Assembly: GCA_965112735.1 (NCBI GenBank)
Contig: OZ218961.1
Span: 248,001-312,000, forward strand
Reading direction: 5' to 3'
DNA: 64,000 nucleotides
From: Phaeosaccion multiseriatum
Lineage: Eukaryota > Protista > Ochrophyta, other classes
Part shown: positions 23,633 through 44,031 of the stretch, one piece after another
How positions within the stretch are numbered: the stretch's first letter is position 1
How the letters are laid out: each line of letters starts with the position of its first letter
The notes under the pieces: generated by a model
Seen by the model: only the letters and a program-made list of their open reading frames with translations
Told to the model about the DNA's origin: nothing
Database searches by the model: none
Made by a program: the position numbers and the translations under genes

Positions 23633-25987
23633 TCAAACCGCGCCCCCCTGGGGTACATACACCCCCTGCCCCACCCGGGCGGTGTCCATGACGCCTCCGA
23701 AGCGCACATCGGGCCCGTGCATAAGGGCCTCCACCTCCCGGGGGGGTGTATCACGCACCAGCCCGCTGCTCAAGGCCCTGCCCCAAGCAAGCTCCACGTC
23801 GGGGTAGAGATCGTCCGCTACCAGCACGTGCCAGTCGCTGTTAAGGGTATATGGGGGGAGGAGGAGGAGGATGGCAGTGGATAGGGGAGGAAGAAGGACG
23901 AAACCGATGAAACCGAAGACATTGGAGGGGAAGGGCGGGACATTGGTACATCGGTTCATGGGTCAGTCAGTCAGTCAGTCTGTCAAGCAGTCAAACACTC
24001 GTTTAAAAACGTCGTACGTGTGGCCTTCATCGATGAAGATGAGGTCACAGATGCCCACACCTTGCTCGTGTACCACCAACGGGTCCACCTCTTGCTGCTG
24101 CTTTCTTTGGCGCTTCATTGAACGTTTTTGAGGGAGTGCAGACAGAGGGCCACACATAAACGAGCAGCGCAGGGAGAATAGTGTTTTGGGGGAGGGGAGA
24201 CAGAGATGGAGAGAGGTGGAGGGAGGGAGAAGGGAGGAGAGAGAGAGAGTGCGGGAGGGCGAGGGCGGAAGAAACGAAACGGAGAGAGCGTGAGAGGGAG
24301 GGAGAGAGGGAGGATGTGATAGAGAGAGGGAGAGGTAGGGAACAAGGAGGTGGCAAAGACAGAGAGAGAGTGAGAGAGAAGGCAGGAAAGAGGGAGTAAA
24401 GAACCACCACCACGCAATCTGACATCCGATTACGTACCAATTGCGTAGCGATTACGTTCTAGTGAGGACACCGAGAGCGTGGAGTCTCCAAGCACAAGGC
24501 GAACATCCCTTGAGGGAAGGACTGCTGCACGAAGCCGTTGACGAGCTGTGTGTACCCCCAGAAGCCGAGATCGAAGCTCAGCACCTCCACACTCGGGTCC
24601 GCGGACAGGAAGGCGAGCGTCGACCTCGATCGGGGGAGGGAGGAGAGGGGGGTGTATCGATTGAGATTTGAGGGAGGGAGGGAGAGAAGGAGGGAGGGAG
24701 GGGGGGAGGGAGGGAGGGAGGGAGGGAGGGAGGGAGGGAGGGAGAGAGGAGTAGAGCTGTTGTTGGGTTGTGACGGGAGAGGACACTCATTCGTTCCTCG
24801 TCCACGGCGTGACAGTGACGGTTACATTGCCCCATGGCAATGGGTGCGTAGGTAAGTTGGGTTGCGAGAACGACCAACCAGCCAGCCAACCAACCGACTG
24901 ACCAACAAACCAACCCACCCACCAACCCGGTTGGGCTCCTGCTCTCCGAAGACCCGTCTCCGTTGGGCACAGAACATAACTACACCGTGCACAGTATAGA
25001 GTATAGAGCACGGAGTGCAGAGTGAGTGCACACGACGCACCCTCCCGTGTTGACGCCCACTTCGCAAATTGTGTTGACGTGGGGCAGCAAAGCGAGCTCC
25101 TGTATCAAGAGTACCTGTCGGTGTTCAGGCAATGGGTGTGTGTGAGGGAGGGTGGGGGGGGGAAGAAGATTGATTTGTGGGTGTGTGGTACAGAGAACGA
25201 GAAAGACAGATATATTAAGAGCCGTCACGCGAGCAACATTGCTCCCCTATGGCCCTCCACACGCCCCACCCCCCCCCCCCGCCCTTCCTCTCTACCCGGC
25301 GCATGGGTGCTTCGGAGGGAAGGAGGAAGGGAGGGAGGGAGGGAGGAAGGAAGGAAGGAAGGAAGGAAGGGAGGAAGGAAGGAAGGAAGGAAGGAAGGAA
25401 GGAAGGAAGGAAGGAAGGAAGAAAGGAAGGAAGGAAGGAAGGAAGAAAGGAAGGAAGGAAGGAAGGAAGGAAGGAGGAAGGAAGGAAGGAAGGAAGGAAG
25501 GAAGGAAGGAAGGAAGGAAGGAAGGAAGGAAGGAAGGAAGGAAGGAACGAAGGAAGGAAGGAAGGAAGGAAGGAAGGAAGGAAGGAAGGAAGGAAGGAAG
25601 GAAGGAAGGAAGGAAGGAAGGAAGGAAGGAAGGAAGGAAGGAAGGAAGGAAGGTGCCTCACACCGTCTGCTTTTGGCTGAGACTGTTGTCACCTGCACTC
25701 GTCTTGAGTGTGTGTGTGTGTGTGTGTGTGTACCTCACCTTCGGAGGAGACGATGTGATGTCTCCCTCGTTCGCCGCCTCAAGGGTGGGCTGCTGCAGCA
25801 GGTGGTTGTCTAGATTCAAAGACAGCGCCAGCAAGTGCCTCACAAAGGCCGTCTCCCTGCTGGAACATGTCGCACACACCCCTGGCACCGTATCACCAAC
25901 TGCTCCGTTCAGGCAGCAGCTCAGGGAGTCACTTGGCGTGCTGCCTGAATCGGCTGTGCTGCAGTAGTACGAGATAAGTAAATTCAT
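23633..25987 (-). CDS. Class I SAM-dependent methyltransferase (Methyltransf_24-like), multi-exon, one apparent frameshift
   Basis: Exons give ICEVGVNTGG (motif I, ~25041-25114), STLAFLSADPSVEVLSFDLG and LVLGDSTLSV (~24436-24626), CDLIFIDEGHTY (~24000-24062), VLVADD (~23633-23840). The frame changes at ~24514. Confidence 0.75.
25325..25652. repeat. (GGAA)n microsatellite in a methyltransferase intron
   Basis: Direct reading. Confidence 0.95.
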
Positions 25988-26187
25988 GTCGGCGACGAAG
26001 GCTTGGCACAATCACGCCCAAGGCGACAAGTTGTGGCGGTTTGGCGCGGATGTCAAGCGCGTTAAATTGTCAGCAAAAGTTTCAGTGCCATTTTCTGGAA
26101 TTTTCTCACAAACTCCAACTTATCGCTCGACCCTGTCCTCTCTCTTTACTTAGACTCACCATCCAGGATCTCCTCTCAGAGCAGGGT

Positions 26188-33310
<7,123 letters not shown>

Positions 33311-33796
33311 GAGGAGTGGAGGGAGGGAGGGGGGGGGGGGCTGAAGGACTCAAGAGATTAGTGTGTTGAGTCTATTATATCGATTTTGATCCATTTATTG
33401 ACTGATTGACTGACTGACTGACTGACGGAAGAAGTAAATAGAAAGTACAAATAAAACAAACAAGGAAAAGGTTTGGTGTGGACGCGTCCCGTCCATGCAC
33501 TCCATCTTTCTCGTAAGTGACTCCTATAAATAAGTCAATAAAGTTGCTCCATCTTTCTACACCTCACCGACCGTATCGTATCTCTTAGGACGTTTCATCT
33601 GAAACTGTCACATCATCGCGTCACGACGGATGGTAGGACGTACGCCTGTTGGTTGTATACTACGCGGGTTCGTCACAACTGTGACGGGTGGTGGATGGGT
33701 GTGGCGAGTATTATTCCTTACCCTGCCCGCCCTGTCTAACCTCTCTAATGGACTGAGCTGTCACCGCAGTTGAAACTGTCACTGCATTTGAAACTG

Positions 33797-36700
33797 TCAC
33801 GGGTGGTGGTGGTGGTGGTCGTGGTGGTGATGGTGATGTTGGTCCGTGTCCGTGTGCGTTGCTCGAATCGTGCTGCACCCGCTCCAGCGCTGGGACAAAC
33901 TTGCTCCCCCGTGGTGCGGCGTCTTGAACAGGGCGGGAAGGGGGGCAGCCGTATCACCAACTGCTGCTGCTGCTGCTGCTCTGCTGCCCTTGCCGTGGCT
34001 TCTACCGTAGCTTCTCTGCGAGTCATACCCCCCCACTCCTCCTCCTCCTCCTCCTCCTCCTCCTCCTCCTCGTCGTCGTCCTTCAAGGCTGTCCTCCTCT
34101 TGCTCGCCTTCATCAGCGAAGATGGCAAAGCCCACGTCCCCGCCGGTCGAAGAAGAAGCAGAGGAGACATGGTATGAGTCAATCCGGGCATCCCCCCCAT
34201 CCTCCTCTTCCACCCCTCCCCTCGCAAACCTCGGGCCTGAGCCGTCGTTTTGTCGATCCTCCCCTCTCGCTTCCTTCTCCTCTTGCCCTTCCTCCTCCTC
34301 CTCCTCCTCCTCCTGCTGTCGCTGGTCTGAGTCCAGCAGCACGACGGAGTCATCAAAGATGCTGAAGCCCTGGGTGGTCGTAGTAACAAGCGGGGCCCTT
34401 GACCTATGCGCTGACGCCTCCTCTCCCTGCCTTCCTCCTCCTCCTCCTCCTCCTCCTCCCTCCTTGTCCTCGCCTGGCTGGTGGTGGTGGTGGTGGTGAG
34501 AGTTCCCACCTTCGTCCCTGCTACTCGAAAGCAACACCTCCCCTCCCCTCCCCCCCCTGCTGCTGCTCCTGCTGTTGCTCCTGTTGTTGCTGCTACTTGG
34601 GCTCGCACCCTCCCCCTCCTCCTCCTCCAGAATGGTGAACGGGGCAGCTGCCGTATCACCAACTGCTAAAGAGAGCGGCGTTGTTGTCTCGCCACTGTGC
34701 ATCCTCCTCTCTCTATTGAGCACGTCTCTATTCGTCACCTTCTTGATAGGGAGGGGGGGCGCCAATGCCACCTCAACGCGAGACGAAAGCGCTAAGCCCT
34801 TCCCTCGTCGCTTCGGCCCCTGTAACGTTCCGTTACGTTTTGTTTCGTTTCGTTTCGTTTCGTTTCGTTACGAAAGCAGTGGTGGGACGGCGGATGGAGG
34901 AAGAAGGATATCGACAGGGGCAGGGAGGGGCGGAAATAAGAGGCATATGGACATACGGGGAGGGACGAAGGGGGTGAGGGAGTGAAGAGTGAGTGAAGGA
35001 GACTGACGTACCTGATGGTGCTGCTCCTCCTCCTGGTGATGCTCAGGGGCGTCGTCGATGGCGTGAGGGCTTCCGTCGTTGGCGTGGTCATCAAGAGGCT
35101 CAAGAACAGGGAGAGGGTCTTCGAGAATGGAGAAGCCAAAGTCTCCCTGAGCGGCTTCAGGCCGGAGCTTACTGGGGGGCTTGGCGTGGTTGGGGGGGCC
35201 ATCACCCCCAACACCTCCAAGCAGCTCGTCTTGTTCAGGGTCCTCGAATACAGTGAATGTTGCGTTGGCTTTGGTTGGGCCGCTGCACCCCCCTCCTGCT
35301 GCTGCTCCTGCTGCTCCATCCTGTTTGGTTTGTGGAGACTTTGTTTGGGGGGAGCGAGGTATAAAAGCAACAATAATTGAGATGGGCAGGCATCGATTGA
35401 TACACTCGAAGAGCCCACACTAACGCTTCCAACAAGTAGGTACGAGGAGGAGGGAGATCGAAGAGAGAGAGATGGACAAGAAGAAGAAGAAGAAGAAGAA
35501 GAAGAAGAAGAAGAAGAAGAAGAAGAAGAAGAAGGAGGGGAGGGGGGGTGCATGGGGCCTGAGGATGCGTACAGTAAACCGCTGGAGACCTTTACCCGAC
35601 CGTTCTTCGCACCTTTGGCCGTGGAGAAGAGGGGACACCAGTGTCGTCATGCTTCTCCTTCTCAGGACTGCGCCAGTTGGTGATACAGAGCAGCAGCGAC
35701 AGTTGTTGAGGGGAGGGGAAACACATGGTGAGGGAGAGTGGGTATGTATGTCTGCATGCATATGTGTGCGTGGGAGACGTAAGACAAGAGATGGAAAGAA
35801 TACCCACACCAGAGCACTGCTCCACGCAATACCGTGTGTACTTGGGCACCCCAATCAATAAGAGAGACCCAATTCCACACACCTACAGAGACCTAAATTG
35901 CCATACCTGCAAAACATGATGCTGAGCTCCTCCAGTGCGAACTTGCTGTGAATCGTCATCTCTTGTCCCTCCCCCTCTGCTCCTCCCCCTTCTCCTCCTC
36001 CTCGCCCCGCCTCCTCCTCCTCCTCCTGCTGCTGCTGCGGGCTGCCTCTCCTCCTACATGCACTTGGGGAGTGTTGGTCTTTTGCGACACCCAATTCCGT
36101 GCTTGTGCCGCGCCTGCTGGTGAACGATAGCCTCCTCGTGCTCCGTGCGGTCGAGCCTTGCCCATATGCCTCTACTCTCCTCTCTCTCTCCTCCCGCAAC
36201 CCCCTTCCCTCCCCGCCCCTCTCCTCGCAAGCGTGCCCCTTTCCCACGCATCCCGCCGCATCTAGCAGCATATGGGTGGGGTCGAAGGGCAGGACAGGCA
36301 TATGGGTGGAGGTGTCGTCCTCCGCCCGTTGGTCATCCAGACGGTCGTCGTCAAGATGATCAAGATGCGGGAAGCAAACCGAGGAGGAGTGTGATTGCGA
36401 GTGCGAGTGAGGGTGAGAGGAGGGAAGAGGAGAAGACGAGGAGAGGGAGAGCGTGCTCGGCAGTCGCTGCCCCTGCTCCTGCTCCTGCTCCCGCTCCCAC
36501 TCCCACTCCTGCTGCTGGTGGTGGTGGTGGTGAGACTCTTCAGGCCGATCCTGCTGCTGCTCCTGCTGCTGCTCCTTCTCCCCTTCCTCCTCGCTGTCGC
36601 TCTCATTATGCTTCTCAGCACTCTTCTCTCGCTCATCAATCTCACGCTGAATCTCCTCCTCCTCCTCCTCCTCCTGCTGCTGCTGCTGCTGCTCCTCCCG

Positions 36701-36883
36701 GCTAGTGCGCGCGTTGGTCATCCGCCGCTGCTCCGCCCTTGCCTCATAGATGGCGGCTCGCCGCTCCTCCACCGAAAGCTCGTCCACCCCCGGGTACTTG
36801 ACCAGCTGCTCCTGCAGGGTCAGGGCCAGGGGGTGCCGCCGCCTCAACAGCCTCTCCTCCTCCTCCTCCTCCTCCTCCTCCTC

Positions 36884-36919
<36 letters not shown>

Positions 36920-39378
36920 CTGCGCTTGCCGCATTCTCTCTGCATTCTCTTGGGAAAGGACTCCCTCTCCTCCTCCTTCTCCTCCTCCTTCTCCTCCTCC
37001 TCCTTCTCCTGCTGCTTCTGCTTGGATCTGTGCAGCCGCTGCTGCCACCGCCGCCGCTTCCGAAGTCAAACTCAAACTCCGACGCCTTTCCTCGTCCGCC
37101 CTCCTGCCTGCCTCCTCATCCTTCACAAACAGGAGCGGGTTTCTGTTCGAAGGAAGGAAGTTCAGGGGTTGGTGATACGAGACGAGGCTTAGTTCACAGT
37201 TTGTGAGGAAGTGGGTGGTGGTGCTCCCCCAAGTAAAGAATTGCAACGGGCAAAAGGAGACACCGAGAGGGACTTCGAGAGCGGGTGGCGTGGCAGGGCG
37301 GAATGGTGGCCGAGGAGCGGAAATGTGCTCCGCCTCGTAAGCATCGTATGTATCGTGGATGGATCATGCCTCTCTACTGCGCTCCACTCCCCCCCCTTAT
37401 CGCCCTGCTAGACTTATCTTCTTTGCTCCTCTCTCCTCCGTCCCTCACCCTTGCTCCTCTCCTCTCCTTCCCTTCCCCTCCCTTCCACCCCCCCCCCTCC
37501 TCCATTTCCCATTCCATCTTTCTTTTCTTTGTATACATCTATACCTATACATATGTGTGTCGATATGCCTCTCACATGCCTCACCTCGCCAGTCTCTCCG
37601 CGTCGCTCGCTCCCCGCAGTTCCTCCCTCTCAGCCAGCCGGTGTCCGTGCCCATATGCCTGCGTAGTTCCGTCTCTGTCTCCTTCCCGCCCAGCAGCAGC
37701 AGCAGGAGGGCCCCTCCCCCGCTCCCTCCCCCCTGCCCCTGCTGCTCCATGCTGAATTCTGTAACCGCGGGAACGGCCGTAACCGCCGCCCTCGTCGTCG
37801 CCATCGGATAAGAGCCCCTCCTTGAGATTATCATCCACGAAGATCTCCATCTTGTATCTCCCTGCCGCCGCTGCCCCTACCGCTGTACCACCAACTGCTG
37901 CCCTGGACCCATGTAACCCGCTCCCCAGGCTGCCGCCTTCGCTCCACTTGGCGGCTGCTATGGCGTTCTCTTTGTCACGCGCTGTGCGAGTGCCGTAGTC
38001 CTCCCACTTGCCCGGGGCAGCAGCTGCACACACGCACACACAGACGCAAACAGAGAGAGAGAGAGAGCCAGAGAGAGATACAGACAGAGAAAGAGACTGA
38101 GATAAAGACGGCGAGAGAGCCAGAGAGAGCCAGAGAGAGAAAGAGAAAGAGGTCTACTTCCTTGTGGGCGGGGGCCGGGTGCCGACGTCCGAGTGGCGTC
38201 ATGTTCTCTCTTGTCTTGTCACACGTACCGATTCTCTCCAACTCGTCATTCGCTGCCCCTCCTCCTCGCGTTCCTCCCCTCCGTGCGGGTTGTCCTCTCT
38301 CAAACGCTTCTTCGTCAAACACAGCAAAGGCAGGGGCGTTCGGCTCAACCGCCAAAGAGGAGGAGGAGGAGGAGGAGGAGGAGCTGCCTCCCCCCATCAG
38401 TCCACCTGCCGACCGACGGGCACCGAGGCCTCCCCCTCCTCCCCTCGTTCGTGAGCGGCCTCCACCTCCCCCTCCCCCTCCCCCTGCGCCCACACCCATA
38501 CCCGTCACTCCGCCCTGCTGCTCCTGTTGGTGATGGTGGTGGTGCTGGCGACCACCCTGTGAATTCAGAGGTGTAGCGTTCTCATCTCCGTTGACTGCCA
38601 TCCCCCCCCCTCCCCCTGCCCTCCTCCTCTCCTCACGGCTGGGCTTGGAGCGTGAAAGCGCGGCAAGTGCCTCCCTGCGCGCCGTCTCTCCTCTGACGTC
38701 AGCGCTGAGGGGGGTAATAGAGGCTTCGTCCTCGCCCTCCTCGGTCTGAATTAGAGGGAGAGATGAGACATGGAGAGGTAGAGAGACGGAGAGTGAGAGT
38801 GAGAGTGGGGGGGGGGGGAGGAGGGTATGTGAGAGAGAGAGGGGGAGAGGGACAAGCATACACGTCTACCTTCATCAGTTAGTGCTTCAGAGAATCTCTT
38901 GCTGTCTCACTCTCTCGTGTCACCTCAGCCCCATCCCCCTCCCCTCCCCTCCGTGCGTTGATCCATCGCACCCTCCCACCCCCCCCCTCCATCACCCCCT
39001 TGCTGCACGCAGTACGTACCCGTGCGTTGATCCACCGCCTCGACATTCTCCTCACAAACTCTCGATGTCTCCTGTGCACCACTGCCGCTGCCGCCGCCCC
39101 GCCCGCCCCTGCAAGCCGCTGCCCGCCCTTGCAATAGAGCTTGTCTGCCAATGTGTACTCCTGACGAGTCTCAGCAACGAAGGCCCACGCCACCCAGAAC
39201 AGGCCGAGCTTGGCGCCGATGGAGTTTTTGAACAGGAACTTGAATAAGTCACTGGGGGTATGAGCGAGGCGATCGGTGGGTTGGGTGGGGTGGGTAGGTG
39301 GGTTAGGAAAGCAGGCATGGGTGGGTGGGTGCGATACAATCGATGAGGCAGAGCCCGGACGGGACAGACACACGCAAG

Positions 39379-39419
<41 letters not shown>

Positions 39420-40194
39420 CACGAGGAGTCCCTGGATCCCCATAGAACGCCACCCGCCATGCATCAACCTACAACCTACCCGCTGTTGCTGAGCTGGTCC
39501 GCATATCCAAGCCAGACCTTGAGGTATCGGATGTCGTTGGTGTAGCGCTCGTCAGCCTTGAAGGTCCGACTACACCGCTCCAGCAGCTCAAAGGGGGTGA
39601 TTTGGTCACTGGGAAAGTCGTCCTGTACGGCCTTGATGTAACGTGTCCACACGCTGAGGGGGTCTGCGCCGTCGTAGGCCTCGATCTCCTTTTCGAAGCG
39701 TCTGGGTGCGCACCAGGGGGAGGAAGGGATAAAGGTGGTGGGTGCGGTAGAGAGGCGTCAGGTGGGAGACAGGACAAGTGGCGGTCGTATTGGGAGGAGG
39801 AGGAGGAGGAGGAGGAGGAGGAGGAGGAGGAGCACCAGTCCACACCCAGCATTCAGGAGATGGGGAAAGGAACAACATCAGATGGAGGCCTGAGGTACTT
39901 GGTCCGTCCCTTCTTCTCCGAGAAGAGAGCGGTCCCACTACCGCAGTTGCCGTTGAGCTTGTCTCCTTTCCGACCTGATGCCCTGCCAGCCCTCTCTGCC
40001 GCTGGTATCGCCCCCCTTACTTACCCCCTGAGCTCCTGCAGCTTGCTGGCCTTGCTGGCCTCGAAGGCCGCGCTCTCTCCACCAAAGGCCCTCTTGATCT
40101 TCTCCACCTTCCTCCCCCTCTTCAGAGGCAACACGTTCTCCTTGCTCAGCTCCCATGCGTGCTCTGAATCTCCTCTTGCTACACCAGACGCCAT
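33797..40194 (-). CDS. Spindle-checkpoint protein of the MadBub (BUB1/BUBR1/MAD3) family, no kinase domain seen
   Basis: WELSKENVLPLKRGR (KEN1); TPR region DPLSVWTRYI...LLERC...YTNDIRYLKVWLGYAD...IGAKLGLFWVAWA; ABBA-like FAVFDE, MEIFVD, FSIFDD, FAIFAD; second KEN (DKENA); GLEBS-like ELSVEERRAAIY; CDI-like TIHSKFALEELSIMF. Confidence 0.88.
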
Positions 40195-40498
40195 CACGCT
40201 CCCTTCGTCCCTCTTGAAATCTTCTCCCTCTCTCTCTCTCTCCCTCTGAACACAACAGTACTGCAGAGCCGCCGCTGCTGCTCCTTCCCGTCCGGGCAAT
40301 AAATATCCCCGCCTCTCTTCACATGAGCAAGAGCTCCGATCTCCTATCTCCTCTCTATTTTCGAATGAAATATGAGAAAAAAGGCCAACGTCCATACGAT
40401 GGTTTCCGACAAGCGACTTTTTCTCCCCCTACTGTCCCTCCCCCCCCCCCTCTTCTCCCCTCTACACTTGTACTGGGCTCCAGAGACACACGCACACG

Positions 40499-40549
<51 letters not shown>

Positions 40550-41374
40550 AGACACACACACACACTTTCAGTTTCTTAGGTGATTCCGATTAAGTCAATG
40601 AGTAACCCCCCCCCTCCCCACTTAAGGAGGGGATGCACTCCCTCCCGTTGAGAGACATCAATCAGTATGACGGGAGGACATATAAAGAAGTCAAGTAAAG
40701 TGTGTAATGTATGATATTAACTTAAGATATCATGTTAGTTAAATACGATAATATCATCAAAAAAAGGCCGGACGCTAGCTACTCTTACACTCCTACCAAG
40801 TCCTGAAATGGAGGGGAAGCGCTGGTGCTGCCACCAAGTAGGTGGTACAGAACCCTACTCATACTCAGGACAGTTACAAAACGCGCTCCCCACTTCTCAC
40901 GATGCCTTCTTCGGTCAATCGTTTCACTATCTACGTCCCCCACAGCGCTTCGATGCGAGGGAAAAAATGTCACAAAATAGACTGCTCGCTTGTCTGACTG
41001 TCCTCCCTACCCGATCCTACCCGATCCTAACCCGTTCCTTCTAGCTAGTGCGTATACATATACATACCGCTACATAACTACGCCCCCCAAAAATCCCCCC
41101 CAACCCCCTCCCCGGCCCGACACCAGCAGCCCTACCAGACACACGTGATGGTGTCTCCTGCCCTGTCGTCGCCTGCCGCCTCTGGCCTGTCCCTCTCTTG
41201 TAACTGCTCCTCCCCTTGTATACTACCGGTAGGTAACATTCATACACGAAAAACCGCATCGCGAGCGAGTGACATGACCCAAAACTGTGTGGACTTGTGT
41301 GTGTATGTGTGTGTGCGCGCGTGTGTGTGTAAAACTGTGTAAAACTGTGTGCTGAGCGCGCGCGTGTGCGTGTG

Positions 41375-41406
<32 letters not shown>

Positions 41407-41559
41407 AGGCAGAGCCCCCCCCCCGGTCCAGTGTGAAGGCCCACACACACCTGCCTCTGCCGTCCACTGCCATCCCCGGTCCTGGCTCCGAGCCCTACCG
41501 AGGGCGTTGGTTGTTCAACCAACGGCGGGAGGGGGGGCTCGTGGGCTGTGCCGGTGGCG

Positions 41560-41705
41560 CTACAGAGGAGGCGATGGTGGATCCGACCTTGCCTCCACGG
41601 CCGGCCGCCCACCCCTCCGGAGACCATCGCCAGCCGCCGCTGCTGCTGTACCACCAACTGCTGTGGCTGCTGTGACTCCGCCGCCCTTCTTCTTCCCGCC
41701 ACCGC

Positions 41706-41742
<37 letters not shown>

Positions 41743-44031
41743 AAGCTTCCGAAAGTCCTCAACGCTGTCCCTGGCCCTGAGAGAGAGCTTGGTGATGGCA
41801 AGGCTGCGCCGCTGTGCCGCCGTGTGCGTACTCAGACTGCCACCGTCGCCGCTCAGCGTGGGGAAGCCGTTGATGGTGCTGCTGGGGTAGTTGTGGTCGT
41901 CCGAGCAGAAAGGGCTCGCCATGGACCCCCCTGGGTAGTCTTTGGACCCGCCGCCGAGGCAGCTGCTGTTGGAATGTGCCCTGCGCCGTTCGTGTTCGTA
42001 CTCGTATTCTGATTGGCGACGAATCAGCGCTGCTTCAGCCTTCCACCTCGCCGTGCGACGCTTGGCCTCCTTGTTGGCCTCGCTAATGTCGCTGTCGCTG
42101 CTGCTGTGCTGCCCACCTTTGCCCTCCTCATCCCCCGCCTCCTGCTTCTGCTGCCCCCCCCCAAGACCGAAGAAGTTAGCGATTGCCTCGCCAAGGTTAC
42201 TGGGCCCGTCTGACGCTCCGCTGTTCTGACGGCTCCCTCTGCTGCTGCCGCTGTCCAAACTGCCATCCCTCCTCCTCCGACAGCCCTTGCCGTGACTATG
42301 CTGCTGCTGCTCCTGCTGCTGGAGACCCTCTAGAGTACTGTCGCGGCCGAAGGTGCTGTTGCTTGACTTGGGGGTCCCACCGCAGACACCCAGCCCTATA
42401 GGACTGCTGCTCGTGCTCCTGCTGCCGCTGTCTTGCCCAGGTTTACGCTCCTCCTCACCACCCTCCCCCTCCTCGTAAGGTACAAAGCTACTGTCCTTGC
42501 TGAAGAGGACGGACGCCGGCAACCCGTCTACTCCTTCCGCCCTACCATCGCCACCGTCTACCCCCCCCTCCTCGGGACTCCCCTCGCTGGTGTAGCTGCT
42601 GCTGGTGCTGCTCGTGGGGCTGCGACGCTCTCTCATGACAAGGGGGCTGTCCATGCCAGGTCTGGGGTGGTGGTGGTGGTCGTGATGGAGGTGGGGTGGT
42701 TGGTGATGGTGGTGGTGGTGGTGGTGGTGGTGCTTGTGCTTGTGCTCCACTGCTGTACCGGCGCCGGTGGCGGCAGCATCATCATCAATGGCGTCACCAC
42801 CGCTACTGTTGCCGTGGTGCTCAGCCCCGCTTCCTTCCCTCCTCTCCTCTCTTGAGTAAATGTCGTTGACCAGCGCCTTCAAAACCACCAAGCCTTGTTT
42901 GTCGTACGCCCCCCCCCCTCCCTCCTCCTCCTCCTCCTCCTCCTCCTCCTCCTCCTCCTCCTCCTCCATCTCATCATCGGTGGGTTCTTCCTTTTGGTCC
43001 TCCCTCTGATGCAGCCTTTGCCTAATCCGGAGGTCCGCAGTGTTGGCTGGAGACGATGATACTTGATTGTCGCCTTCTCCTCCATCCTGCTCCTGCCCCT
43101 GCCCTTGCTCCTGCTGTTCCTCCTCGACGTGTGTAGGCGTCCCGACCTGTTGCGCTATTACTGCTGCTACGGTTAGGCCGGGGCCTCCTTCCTGCTCCAT
43201 CTTGCCTAATACCCCTCCTTCGCCCTGCTCCTTTTGCTCCTCCTCCTCCTCCTCCTCCTTCTCCTCCTCCTCCTCCTGTACCGCCAACTGCGGTTGCTGA
43301 GCAGGCACTAGCTGCCCATGTTCCTTCTCCTTCTGTTTCTCCTCCTCGTCCTCAACCTGTCCGCTGATAACATTGTCCAAATCAAGCTCATCTATGTCTT
43401 GCAGATTGACGCTGAGAATGTTATCAGCACTCGTAAACTTGTCAGCGTTGCGCACCTTCCAATCAATCAGCACCTGACGGAACTGCGCGTAGTCCTCCCT
43501 GCTCCACCACAGCCTGTACTTATCAAGGTCCCCAATCTCCTCCCGCTTGGGGATGAGTACCATCCGTACCCGGAAATCGAAGGAGACCTTCTTGGGAATG
43601 GCCCCGTCGGGGTGGTACAGGCCGTGCACCACTTGCCCAAGGCGATCGAGGTTGCCACTAGAGTTGTCCGTCCTAGGGAAGAGAGTGCGTTTGTTGGACA
43701 GCACGGAACATGACACTGATCGAGGGATGGCGGTGGACACTGCTGCCCGTGTCGCGGCAGGCACAGGCCCGCCTCCGGCCCCTCCTGCTGCTGTTCCCGC
43801 CCCTCCTCCTATCCGCTGCTTTAATCGTATCTGCCGCTGCTGCTGCTGGCTGGCTGCGTACTCCTGCATCTGCCGCTGCTGCTCCGCCGAGGTGCCTCGG
43901 CCTTGTGACTGGCATAAATCGCGCTTCCCCTGCTGCCCCACCAATTCTTCGCGGCTTTCGTCCAGAGAGCTCAGAGACGGCCTCCGAATCTTGGCCGTCC
44001 GCCACTGCTGCTTCCGCGAACGGAACCCCAT
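41560..44031 (-). CDS. Low-complexity 823-aa protein with an RVxF-type motif region
   Basis: Long single ORF; the only ordered-looking block is KKVSFDFRVRMVLIP...LWWSREDYAQFRQ. The true start may lie in an upstream exon. Confidence 0.7.
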
